Positions 32,756 through 41,410 of a stretch of 64,000 nt of DNA are shown here, piece by piece. Numbering within the stretch: the stretch's first letter is position 1; every line of letters begins with the position of its first letter. Below the pieces are notes generated by a model, which was not told the origin of the DNA, did not search any database, and saw nothing but the letters and a program-made list of their open reading frames with translations. This stretch comes from an uncultured Acidobacteriota bacterium (GTDB taxonomy: Bacteria; Acidobacteriota; Blastocatellia; Pyrinomonadales; Pyrinomonadaceae), in assembly GCA_963728575.1 (NCBI GenBank), contig CAVSKT010000007.1:23357-87356 (forward strand), written 5' to 3'. Made by a program: the position numbers and the translations under genes.

Positions 32756-32811
32756 TAACGACGCTGCAATAAAAGCGAAATCGCCGTCAAGGGCAAGATT
32801 GACTTTCGCAT
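32755..32811 (-). other. 18-codon ORF encoding a signal-peptide-like N-terminus (MRKSILPLTAISLLLQRR), out of frame with the cytochrome c ORF
   Basis: ATG 32811 follows AGGAGA at good spacing. Its stop overlaps the cytochrome ATG (TAATG). One extra T in the T4 run (plus-strand A4 at 32771-32774) would give MRKSILPLTAISLFIAASLMFLTIAVKSS... in frame. Confidence 0.55.
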
Positions 32812-32822
32812 AATTCGATCTC

Positions 32823-33890
32823 CTATTTAGCTCCTCTACCTGTTCGCTTCTTCCTCGCGGGGGGTCGAGCAGCGGGCTTGGAAGTCGCCGCGGGTGGCGA
32901 AGGAGGCTTCGGTTTGAAGTAGTCGGCTATAACTTTCTCTGGAACATCAGCCTCCCAAACGATTTCACTTTCGCGCGCCGACATCTTAATAGACTGCAAA
33001 ATCGACTGCGCCTGCTTGTCAGGCACGGCATCAATCCCCTGCTGCATCAGCCCTGAGATCAAGTGGTAAATGATCTTCGCCGTGTCGGGATTGTCCGCAT
33101 GCATCGCACCCCGCAAACTGAAGTTGGTTCCATTCATTGTAACGGCCGCGTAGAAGTTTCCGAGATCAGTCGTACAATTCGACTGGCGAGACGTGTTCTC
33201 AAGTCCATACATACCGAGACTCTTCGCAATCGCGGAGATTGGCGCGCCTTGAGCAGCGATGAGCGCGTTTGGGTCCCGCAATAGCGACTGCAACGCGACC
33301 GGATTGAGGCGTCCTGTTCCATCAGCGGCATCGACAGCCGCTTTGACATAACGCAGGTTTCCGATTGCGACAGAGTTGGTACTAAGAGGCACCAGACCAA
33401 TCTCGGTAAATGGCTTTAGTATCGGAGTTTTCTGTGCCTGCGCAACGATCGGATCGACTGTCATCACCGAAATCGATTTCGATCCATGCTTCTCAACACG
33501 CACTTTGTCCTGGAGATAGAGTTGGCCGAGTGTCATCAGCGAGTCGGCACTAAAATCTCCACCCAGCACCGCCATCACGTCGGGAGCAACGAAGCTCAAG
33601 TCCGTCGCAGGCTTGTGAAAGCGTATCGCGATCACAAGATACTCGAGCGTTGAGGGATCGATGCCAACGCCTTTCTTCAGATCAGCAAACGCTGATCTCA
33701 TCTTGGGTATTTCCGCCGATGGCACTACGCGCGGCGCGGCCTCGTTGAGAATGCGTTGAGGGCTGAGGTAGATGAGCACGTCAGCTTCAGGGAGTGCAGC
33801 GAGGGAAGCAGATTGCGCCACTACATTCGGCGCCAGCGTCAGAACAGTGATTGCAGCTAACAAGAATAATTGGGAAAACTTGTGTCGCAA
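32823..33890 (-). CDS. Secreted hypothetical protein
   Basis: TTG 33890 with GGAGG 7 nt upstream gives MRHKFSQLFLLAAITVLTLAPNVVAQ. The C-terminal tail is basic and Pro-rich. The track start at 33959 lies inside the repeat element. Confidence 0.65.
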   Translation of the reverse strand: MRHKFSQLFLLAAITVLTLAPNVVAQSASLAALPEADVLIYLSPQRILNEAAPRVVPSAEIPKMRSAFADLKKGVGIDPSTLEYLVIAIRFHKPATDLSFVAPDVMAVLGGDFSADSLMTLGQLYLQDKVRVEKHGSKSISVMTVDPIVAQAQKTPILKPFTEIGLVPLSTNSVAIGNLRYVKAAVDAADGTGRLNPVALQSLLRDPNALIAAQGAPISAIAKSLGMYGLENTSRQSNCTTDLGNFYAAVTMNGTNFSLRGAMHADNPDTAKIIYHLISGLMQQGIDAVPDKQAQSILQSIKMSARESEIVWEADVPEKVIADYFKPKPPSPPAATSKPAARPPARKKRTGRGAK

Positions 33891-33943
33891 TTCGAGACCT
33901 CCGTTTGAAGAAAAGTTAGACAGATACTCGCACAAAGAAGTTT

Positions 33944-34019
33944 CCTCGCAAAGGCGCAAAGGCGCAAAGGCAACGCTTACTGCAATTGATTGTCTTTGCG
34001 CCTTTGCGACTTTGCGAGG
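33944..34019. repeat. GCAAAGG-type word-repeat hairpin overlapping the 3' end of tag
   Basis: CCTCGCAAAGGCGCAAAGGCGCAAAGG (33944-33970) pairs with CTTTGCGCCTTTGCGACTTTGCGAGG (33994-34019). Confidence 0.8.
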
Positions 34020-34576
34020 CCATACTCTCCAAGTTCTTTATAGCGAAAACACTTCGAGTCGTGATCGTTGACCATGCCAACTGCCTGCATGAATGAATAG
34101 CAGATCGTAGAACCGACAAATTTGAAACCGCGTTTGACGAGATCCTTGCTCAACGCGTCAGAGATTTCGGTGTGCGGAGCGAGCGGCTCTCCCGGCTTGC
34201 GGCGACGCGGTTTGCCGTTCACAAAGCGCCACACGTATTCATCGAAACTACCAAATTCGCGCTTCACTTCCAGAAATGCATTGGCATTCGTAACTGCGGC
34301 GTTGATCTTGAGGCGATTGCGGATAATGCCTTCATCGTTGAGAAGCGTGGCGATCTTTCGCTCATCATATGCGGCTACTTTCCTTGGATTGAAACGATCG
34401 AATGCGGCTCGATAGTTCTCGCGTTTCCTGAGAATTGTTTCCCAACTGAGCCCCGCCTGGGCTCCTTCGAGAACCAGAAATTCGAACAGTCGAGTGTCGT
34501 CATGAACCGGCACACCCCACTCTTTGTCGTGGTAAGAGATTGAAAGCGGAGTAGTAGCCCAGGAGCAACGCATCAC
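33977..34576 (-). CDS. tag: DNA-3-methyladenine glycosylase I
   Basis: 199-aa ORF with YHDKEWGVPVHDDTRLFEFLVLEGAQAGLSWETIL and MQAVGMVNDH. The last ~14 codons and the stop lie within the repeat element. Confidence 0.9.
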   Translation of the reverse strand: MMRCSWATTPLSISYHDKEWGVPVHDDTRLFEFLVLEGAQAGLSWETILRKRENYRAAFDRFNPRKVAAYDERKIATLLNDEGIIRNRLKINAAVTNANAFLEVKREFGSFDEYVWRFVNGKPRRRKPGEPLAPHTEISDALSKDLVKRGFKFVGSTICYSFMQAVGMVNDHDSKCFRYKELGEYGLAKSQRRKDNQLQ

Positions 34577-34598
34577 AGGATTCGGGATTTTACAGCAT

Positions 34599-35909
34599 CT
34601 ACGAGTTTTTGCCCGTAAGATACTTGAATGCGTTCACCAATTCTCGTATTTCTGCCGGTAGTCCTTTGAGGTCGGCATCCGTTATGTTCTCTGTGGAAGT
34701 GCTCGCCGGCGGCAGGGCTTCCAGATTTAACTCGGTGCTCGGTAACGGAAGCCTGACAGTAAATACTGCTCCCGATTCCTGAGTTCTATTCTCCGCACTA
34801 ATCACGCCGCCGTGCAGTTCCACTAAATGCCGGACGATTGCGAGTCCAAGGCCGAGTCCACCGTGAGTGCGAGTGGTCGATCCATCCGCTTGGCGGAAAC
34901 GTTCGAACACGTGCGGCAAAAACTCCGGGTTAATTCCGGGTCCCGTGTCGCTCACTTCGATCTCGACGGTAGCGTTGTTCTGAGTAACACGTACTGAGAT
35001 CACGCCGCCTACCGGTGTAAACTTCGAAGCATTCGACAACAAGTTCCAAACGACTTGCTGCAAGCGGTCAACGTCGCCCGCAATAATTCTGAGTCCTTGC
35101 TGGTAGTGCGTGTCGACGCGAATGTGTTTCGCTTCGAGCGCCGGTTTGACCGCATCGAGTGCAGCATTCACCACGGCCACGAGGTCCACTGCTACAAGAT
35201 GTAGCTGAAGCTTGCCGGTGATGACTCGCGACACGTCGAGAATGTCTTCGATGATCTGTTTCTGTGCCCACGCGTTTCTTTCGATCACGTCGATCGCATG
35301 CGCTGAGCTTTCGTCGTCGAGATGTCCGGCTTTGAGTATTCGCGACCAGCCAATGACGGCGTTCAAAGGAGTGCGCAGTTCGTGTGAGAGAGTTGCGAGA
35401 AACTCGTCCTTCAAACGGTTGGCTTTTTCAGCGTCGGCGCGCGCGGACCGTTCGCGCACGAGCACTTTCTCCAATTCTTTCTCAGTACTCTTGCGCGTTG
35501 TGATGTCGCGCTTGATGCTGACGTAGCAAAGCGGTTCGCCCAGACCGCTGCGCATCGTGAATACCGACAGTTCGATGTTTCTTTCTTCGCCTGACTTCGT
35601 ACGGCAAACGGCTTCACCCGAATAATCACCCGTAGTCACGAGGTGATCGAAAATCTGCTTGAACGTTTCGTCGCCGAGGAGGATCGCGGGCGTCTTTCCT
35701 TCGAGATCGTCGTCAGCGTAACCGAGAAGTGTGAAATGTGCGCCGTTTTGCTGGAGGTAATAGCCGTCGGGGTCGATGATGGCGATGGCTTCGCGCGAGT
35801 GAGCAAAGATCTCGCGATAGAGGTCTGAATGCAGTTCGACAGGTTTCGCGGCCGGTTCAGCCGGAGATTTTTGACGCGAAAAGGCCTTTTCAGACATAAC
35901 ATCACCCAA
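34599..35909 (-). CDS. PAS-domain sensor histidine kinase (cytoplasmic, orphan)
   Basis: 436-aa ORF with an N-terminal PAS-like region, H-box SHELRTPLNAVIGW, and N, G1 and G2 boxes (NLLSNASKF, DTGPGI, GGLGLGLAI). No adjacent response regulator. Confidence 0.85.
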   Translation of the reverse strand: MGDVMSEKAFSRQKSPAEPAAKPVELHSDLYREIFAHSREAIAIIDPDGYYLQQNGAHFTLLGYADDDLEGKTPAILLGDETFKQIFDHLVTTGDYSGEAVCRTKSGEERNIELSVFTMRSGLGEPLCYVSIKRDITTRKSTEKELEKVLVRERSARADAEKANRLKDEFLATLSHELRTPLNAVIGWSRILKAGHLDDESSAHAIDVIERNAWAQKQIIEDILDVSRVITGKLQLHLVAVDLVAVVNAALDAVKPALEAKHIRVDTHYQQGLRIIAGDVDRLQQVVWNLLSNASKFTPVGGVISVRVTQNNATVEIEVSDTGPGINPEFLPHVFERFRQADGSTTRTHGGLGLGLAIVRHLVELHGGVISAENRTQESGAVFTVRLPLPSTELNLEALPPASTSTENITDADLKGLPAEIRELVNAFKYLTGKNS

Positions 35910-35935
35910 ACAGGGGAAGGGAACCTGAACGGGGG

Positions 35936-36925
35936 TTATGCCGGGTTCTTGGATATTAACACATGCGTCGTACCTTGTTTAATGGATTGGTAAACAGCAT
36001 CGACTAATTTGACGGACATCAGACCGTCGAAAGCAGTAACAAGTGGCGGTGAACCATTCACGATCGCGTCGACGAACGCACGATCCTCCTGCACGTAACC
36101 CCACTTCTCATCGCGGGGTAACTGTTGCATTGACTCGACCTTGAAGTGACCTTCGAGATTCGTGCTACAGGTAAGACTCTCCATCTCACGCGTCACGAGT
36201 GTTGCATGGTGACAAAAGACTTCAACTCGCTCGAATGGAAACAACCAGCTCGCGTCAGCGGCAGTCGCAAGTGTCGCGTGCATCCCGCTTGCAAACTTCA
36301 TGAGCACCGAAAAGTCGTCGATCTCGTTGTACTCGTGTGTCGATCCTATGGCGTGCAAACTTTCTACTTCCCCAAAGAGAAACCGCATCATGTCAAACAT
36401 GTGAATCGGTGTCTCATACAAAAAGCCGCCAGTGACTTCCGGATTTCCCGTCCACTCGGGTTTCAGTAGTTCGCCGCGATTCATCTTGACGTGGGCCGAG
36501 TGAGGCTTGTGTGTTTCGTTCAGCAGTAGCTTCAGTTGCGCATAAACAGGAGCGAAGCGCCGATTGTGACCTACCTGAAAAATTCCTTCGCTCTGATTCG
36601 CTTTCTCAAACACCGCCCCAGCATCGGCGACATTTGTGGCGAGCGGTTTTTCGCAAAACACGTGCTTGCCGATCTCGACTGCCGCCATTGCCAACGAAAC
36701 GTGCTTCGTGTTTGGCGTGGTGATAAAGACCGCGTCACATCTTTCCAGTAATTCGATCGGCGTACCAACCGCAGTGCAATTGTGAGCGAGTGCAAGCCGT
36801 TCGGCAGCTTCGGGAACAACATCGTGCACGGCAGTTATCTGAACGCGCTCATCACGCGCCAGCACGGAGGCGTGAACTCCGGCAATGTATCCGGCGCCGA
36901 TGATCCCAACTTTGATCTTCGTCAT
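35936..36925 (-). CDS. Gfo/Idh/MocA-family NAD(P)-dependent oxidoreductase
   Basis: 329-aa ORF with the N-terminal Rossmann motif KVGIIGAGYIAGVHA and EKPLA. Confidence 0.85.
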   Translation of the reverse strand: MTKIKVGIIGAGYIAGVHASVLARDERVQITAVHDVVPEAAERLALAHNCTAVGTPIELLERCDAVFITTPNTKHVSLAMAAVEIGKHVFCEKPLATNVADAGAVFEKANQSEGIFQVGHNRRFAPVYAQLKLLLNETHKPHSAHVKMNRGELLKPEWTGNPEVTGGFLYETPIHMFDMMRFLFGEVESLHAIGSTHEYNEIDDFSVLMKFASGMHATLATAADASWLFPFERVEVFCHHATLVTREMESLTCSTNLEGHFKVESMQQLPRDEKWGYVQEDRAFVDAIVNGSPPLVTAFDGLMSVKLVDAVYQSIKQGTTHVLISKNPA

Positions 36926-36945
36926 GAGAAACTTTGTGCTTGTGT

Positions 36946-37764
36946 CTAGCCCAAGACGCGTTGCGTGGCTACATGTGCATCACGCGCAAGTTCAAACGGA
37001 TCTCTTTCCCAGTACTCGGGCCGGAAGATCTCAACACTCGCGACTTTGTCGTATCCGATGCGCCGGAAAGCATCGAGCATTTCACGCAACGGCAGGATTC
37101 CCAGACCGGGAAGCAGCCGGTGTCGATCCTCCAACTGATCGCGTGGAAGATCCTCGGCGTCGTTGATGTGAAAGATCTGAATGAGTTTTGGATCGAGAGC
37201 TTCGATCATGTCGAACGTGGAACCGCCGGCGTAAAAGTGAAAACTGTCGATCACGACTCCCAGATTATCGCGTCCCACTCTTTGCACGATATCAGCAGCG
37301 AGATCCAGCGTTTGCACACTGCAATCCGGTTGACCAAGAAATTCGAAAGCAAGCGTTACGTTGTGATTCGCGGCAATGTCGCAGAGTTCATTCAACACTC
37401 TGACTGACTCCGAGATCACTTCCTCCCGCGAAGCGCCGCCCTGTGGCAAGCGTCCGGGAACGACGACGATGCAAGGACACCCGACAGCCGAAGCGATGCT
37501 GCTCAGTTCTTCGCATTCATGCTGGATCGACTCGTAGGCGTGGGCGTTACGAAAAGTGACATGCTCGATCGAGTTGATGCTCAATGGCGAGAGGCCCGAT
37601 TCAGAAAAGAGATCTTTGAGTTCTGCCACTCGCCGGTCTTTCAGAAATGCCCGGAGTTTTGCCGCCCAGATTTCAACATAATCAAATCCCGCGGCCTGGG
37701 CTGCCTGCAAGTCGGTTGCAAGGTCAGCCCGCATGGTTGTAGCGCCGTTAAGTGCGAGTTTCAT
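36946..37764 (-). CDS. Sugar phosphate isomerase/epimerase (xylose isomerase-like TIM barrel)
   Basis: ATG 37764 gives MKLALNGATTM... (the GTG at 37788 is also possible). Typical AP-endonuclease-2 / TIM-barrel family composition. Adjacent to the Gfo/Idh/MocA gene. Confidence 0.75.
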   Translation of the reverse strand: MKLALNGATTMRADLATDLQAAQAAGFDYVEIWAAKLRAFLKDRRVAELKDLFSESGLSPLSINSIEHVTFRNAHAYESIQHECEELSSIASAVGCPCIVVVPGRLPQGGASREEVISESVRVLNELCDIAANHNVTLAFEFLGQPDCSVQTLDLAADIVQRVGRDNLGVVIDSFHFYAGGSTFDMIEALDPKLIQIFHINDAEDLPRDQLEDRHRLLPGLGILPLREMLDAFRRIGYDKVASVEIFRPEYWERDPFELARDAHVATQRVLG

Positions 37765-37915
37765 AGTAGATGCTGCGAAGAATAACACGGCATCCTCACG
37801 GTTTGACTTGGCGCGGCCAATAGTTGTAAAAGTGGCGTACTAAAACAATTAATGCGCATCCCTTATTTCCCGGCCTGAAGGACCGGGAATCGTTTCGAAT
37901 TCGAAGGAGATACAA

Positions 37916-38596
37916 ATGGCTCTACGACTTGGCGACATAGCACCCGATTTCAGCGCGGACACCACCGAGGGTCCGATCAATTTCCATGAGTGGATTGGCG
38001 ATAGCTGGGCTGTCCTCTTCTCCCATCCAAAGGATTTCACTCCTGTCTGCACGACCGAACTGGGCTACGTGGCCCGCTCGAAACCGGATTTCGACAAACG
38101 CGGTGTGAAAGTTATTGGACTCAGCGTCGACCCCGCGGATTCACACAAACGCTGGGCTGAGGACATCAAAGAGACTCAGGGAGCCGAGGTCAACTTCCCG
38201 GTCATTGCCGATCCGGATCACAAGATTGCCGAACTCTACGACATGATCCACCCAGAGGTCAGCGACGTATTCACAGTTCGTTCAGTGTTTGTTATTGGAC
38301 CAGACAAGAAGGTCAAGTTGATGTTCACTTATCCCGCCAGCACCGGACGCAATTTCGAAGAACTGCTGCGCGTGATCGATTCATTACAGTTGACGGCGAA
38401 GTACAGCGTTGCGACTCCGGTTAACTGGAAAGATGGTGACGACGTGATCATCGTTCCGTCACTGTCTGACGAGGCTGCAAAGGAAAAATTCCCGGGCGGC
38501 TGGAGAGCACCAAAGCCGTACTTGAGAATTACGCCACAGCCAAACAAACAGGCTGCTACGCATTCTTCCGACACGGCAGCCAAGACCGCAACATAA
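37916..38596 (+). CDS. 1-Cys peroxiredoxin (Prx6 type)
   Basis: 226-aa ORF with LGDIAPDFSADTTEGPINFHEWIGDSWAVLFSHPKDFTPVCTTELG. AAGGAGA lies upstream. Confidence 0.9.
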   Translation: MALRLGDIAPDFSADTTEGPINFHEWIGDSWAVLFSHPKDFTPVCTTELGYVARSKPDFDKRGVKVIGLSVDPADSHKRWAEDIKETQGAEVNFPVIADPDHKIAELYDMIHPEVSDVFTVRSVFVIGPDKKVKLMFTYPASTGRNFEELLRVIDSLQLTAKYSVATPVNWKDGDDVIIVPSLSDEAAKEKFPGGWRAPKPYLRITPQPNKQAATHSSDTAAKTAT

Positions 38597-38818
38597 AGCC
38601 TGCGAAGCAGGCGCCCGCATAAAGCCTGCGAAGCAGGCATCAGCATAAAGCCTGGGGCGTAAGCCCCAGGTATGGATACGAATTAAGCAACGAGCCCGTG
38701 AAACGGGCGACAGCGCATAAGTGCAAAGCTGTCGCCCGTGTCACGGGCTCGAACTTTGTCGTAATTATTGTCCTGGGGCTCACGCCCCAGGCTTTATGCT
38801 GTTGCCTGCTTCGCAGGC
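38592..38818. repeat. Composite array of self-complementary units forming a ~225-bp nested palindrome
   Basis: CATAAAGCCTGCGAAGCAGGC occurs twice (38592-38612 and 38618-38638). CATAAAGCCTGGGGCGTAAGCCCCAGG spans 38644-38670. A central 59-nt hairpin spans 38692-38750. Inverted copies are CCTGGGGCTCACGCCCCAGGCTTTATG (38772-38798) and GCCTGCTTCGCAGGC (38804-38818). Confidence 0.85.
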
Positions 38819-38877
38819 TGCGTCTTGTCGCCTTGCGGCAAGGTCGGCTAGAATCCACGCGCTACCTTCTTCCCTCT

Positions 38878-39630
38878 ATGGCTGAAACTGGAACCGCACT
38901 GCAACGTGGACGTCTCGGCGCGTCGATGCGTCGCGATGCGTGGTGGCTCGAACTCCTGCCAGTCGTCCTGGTCCTGGGCGCATTCAGCGTTTACGCAACA
39001 TGGCGAGCTTTAGAAGGTCAACACTACGAGTATGGTCCATACCTCTCGCCATTCTATTCACCACTAATCAAACCTGACTGGTGGCCACTCTCGCCGGCCA
39101 TTCTCATTCTCTGGGCGCCTCTAGGTTTCCGCGCCACCTGTTACTACTATCGCAAGGCTTATTATCGTGCGTTCTTTCTCGATCCGCCTGCATGCTCCGT
39201 CGGTGAATCGCGCGGCCACAAGTATCGCGGCGAGACAGCATTTCCTCTGATACTCCAAAATCTGCATCGCTACTTCCTCTACGTTGCTCTCATCTTCCTG
39301 ATCATTCTCTGGTACGACGCTATTCACGCATTCTTTTTTAATGGTCGTTTCGGAATCGGTGTCGGTTCGCTCGTACTTACCGCCAACATCACTCTTCTGA
39401 CTCTTTACACTTTTTCATGTCACTCGCTACGACATATCGTCGGCGGAAAGGTCGATTGTTTCTCGTGTGTCGCGTTTGGTGGTCCAAGACACACCGCGTG
39501 GCGTGGTCTAACTTTTCTTAACGAGCGCCACATGTTGTTTGCATGGCTGAGTTTGTTTTCAGTTGGTCTCGCTGATCTTTACATCCGCCTCGTAGCGACA
39601 GGCACAATTCAGGATTTGAGACTGCTGTGA
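38878..39630 (+). CDS. Putative succinate dehydrogenase/fumarate reductase membrane anchor (non-classical, single large subunit)
   Basis: ATG 38878 gives a ~250-aa polytopic protein with several His in predicted TM helices (LHRYFLY, DAIHAF, CHSLRHIV, ERHMLF). It sits directly upstream of sdhA-sdhB. The track start at 38698 lies inside the repeat array. Confidence 0.6.
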   Translation: MAETGTALQRGRLGASMRRDAWWLELLPVVLVLGAFSVYATWRALEGQHYEYGPYLSPFYSPLIKPDWWPLSPAILILWAPLGFRATCYYYRKAYYRAFFLDPPACSVGESRGHKYRGETAFPLILQNLHRYFLYVALIFLIILWYDAIHAFFFNGRFGIGVGSLVLTANITLLTLYTFSCHSLRHIVGGKVDCFSCVAFGGPRHTAWRGLTFLNERHMLFAWLSLFSVGLADLYIRLVATGTIQDLRLL

Positions 39631-39637
39631 AGCCTCT

Positions 39638-41365
39638 GTGAATGCATCTGTGAATGTAGACGAGAAGTTCGAAACTCACGAGCACGATGTGCTGATCATC
39701 GGCGCCGGTGGCGCGGGACTGCGTGCGGCAATCGAGGCACTCGGTCACGGAGCGCGGGTCGGCGTTGTCTGTAAATCGTTGCTGGGAAAGGCACATACGG
39801 TCATGGCCGAAGGCGGTATCGCTGCCGCGATGGCCAATGTGGACACCGCCGACGATTGGCGCACGCACTTCCGCGACACGATGCGTGGCGGCAAGTTTCT
39901 GAACAACTGGCGTATGGCCCAGATCCACGCGCAGGAGTCGCCCGATCGCGTTCGCGAGCTCGAGCAGTGGGGCGCGTTGTTTGATCGCACGAGCTCGGGC
40001 GACATTCTTCAGCGCGCATTCGGTGGACACACGTTCAAGCGTCTGTGTCACGTCGGCGATCGCACCGGTCTGGAGATGATTCGCACGCTACAGGATCGGG
40101 GCGTGCATCTCGGCATCGACGTCTTCATGGAGTGTGCCATCACGAAACTGTTGAAGGACGGCGATCGTGTTTCGGGTGCGCTTGGTTACTGGCGTGAGAC
40201 GGGTCGCTTCGTCGTGTTCAAAGCCAAAGCGATCGTGATCGCAACGGGCGGCATCGGCAAGGCGTGGCGCATCACTTCAAACTCGTGGGAGTACACGGGC
40301 GATGGAATGACGCTCGCATACGAAGCGGGTGCTGAACTGATGGACATGGAGTTTGTGCAGTTTCATCCGACCGGAATGGTTTGGCCGCCAGGCGTGCAAG
40401 GGATTCTAGTGACGGAAGCAGTCAGAGGTGAAGGCGGCATCCTGCGCAACAAGGACGGTGAACGATTCATGGAGCGCTACGATCCCGAGAAGATGGAACT
40501 ATCTACTCGCGATGTTGTAGCTCGAGCGATCTACACGGAAGCGCGCGAAGGCCGCGGTACAGAACACGGCGGCGCATATCTCGACATCTCGCATAAGCCG
40601 GCTGAGTACGTAAAGAAAAAACTGCCGAGCATGTATCACCAGTTTCGAGAGCTGGCTGACGTGGATATCACGCAGGGGCCGATGGAAGTTGGACCAACGT
40701 GTCATTACATGATGGGCGGCATCCGCGTCGATGCAGAGACCGCGGAATCGACAGTCTCCGGATTGTTCGCAGCTGGTGAAGCAGCCGCGGGACTTCATGG
40801 CGCGAATCGTTTGGGTGGAAACTCGCTGTCAGACTTGCTGGTGTTTGGACGTCGTGCAGGACATGCGGCAGCCGAGCATGCTAATCGGGGTGGAGGGGCA
40901 GAAGTTGAGGCCGAGCAAGTGCTTTACGCCACACGCGAAATGCTTGCGCCATTCGAAACGGTCGACGGTGAAAGTCCTTACCAGGTTCATCGCGATCTGG
41001 AAGAGACGATGCAGAACTACGTCGGGATCTTTCGAAATGAAGAGGATTTGCAAAAAGGTCTTGCAGAGCTCGAACGTTTGAGCGATCGCGTTACGCAAGT
41101 GAAGGTCGAAGGTTCGAGATTGTTCAACCCCGGCTGGCATCTCGCGCGCGATATGAAATCGATGTTGACGGTTTCGAAAGCAGTCGCATTGAGTGCAGAG
41201 GCGCGCAAAGAGAGTCGCGGAGCGCACAGCAGAATCGATCATCCGAACTACGATGACACGTGGGCCCGGCAACACAACATCATCGTTCGTGAAGGCGATC
41301 AGATGACGCTGAAGCAGTTGCCGGTGCCGGAAATGCCGCCTGAGTTGCAGGAACTAATTACTTGA
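39638..41365 (+). CDS. sdhA: Succinate dehydrogenase/fumarate reductase flavoprotein subunit
   Basis: 575-aa ORF with the FAD motif DVLIIGAGGAGLRAA plus HPTG, RGEGG and the HYMMGG region. GTG start. Confidence 0.9.
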   Translation: MNASVNVDEKFETHEHDVLIIGAGGAGLRAAIEALGHGARVGVVCKSLLGKAHTVMAEGGIAAAMANVDTADDWRTHFRDTMRGGKFLNNWRMAQIHAQESPDRVRELEQWGALFDRTSSGDILQRAFGGHTFKRLCHVGDRTGLEMIRTLQDRGVHLGIDVFMECAITKLLKDGDRVSGALGYWRETGRFVVFKAKAIVIATGGIGKAWRITSNSWEYTGDGMTLAYEAGAELMDMEFVQFHPTGMVWPPGVQGILVTEAVRGEGGILRNKDGERFMERYDPEKMELSTRDVVARAIYTEAREGRGTEHGGAYLDISHKPAEYVKKKLPSMYHQFRELADVDITQGPMEVGPTCHYMMGGIRVDAETAESTVSGLFAAGEAAAGLHGANRLGGNSLSDLLVFGRRAGHAAAEHANRGGGAEVEAEQVLYATREMLAPFETVDGESPYQVHRDLEETMQNYVGIFRNEEDLQKGLAELERLSDRVTQVKVEGSRLFNPGWHLARDMKSMLTVSKAVALSAEARKESRGAHSRIDHPNYDDTWARQHNIIVREGDQMTLKQLPVPEMPPELQELIT

Positions 41366-41410
41366 GAGTTTTTAGACACAGATTTTCACGGATGAAAACG
41401 GATTTGTCTT

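Noticed and set aside
38592-38670. Three direct repeats beginning CATAAAGCCTG that superficially resemble a mini CRISPR array
   Set aside because: The units are 21-27 bp but separated by only about 5 nt, so there are no spacers. Each unit is self-complementary, and inverted copies follow downstream. No cas genes are in the window. It is a palindromic repeat cluster, not CRISPR.
38698-38877. N-terminal 60-codon extension of the sdh anchor ORF (track start 38698)
   Set aside because: The extension is a translation of the palindromic repeat array (ARVTGSNF..., LGLTPQALCCCLLRRLRL). ATG 38878 begins the membrane-protein-like sequence.
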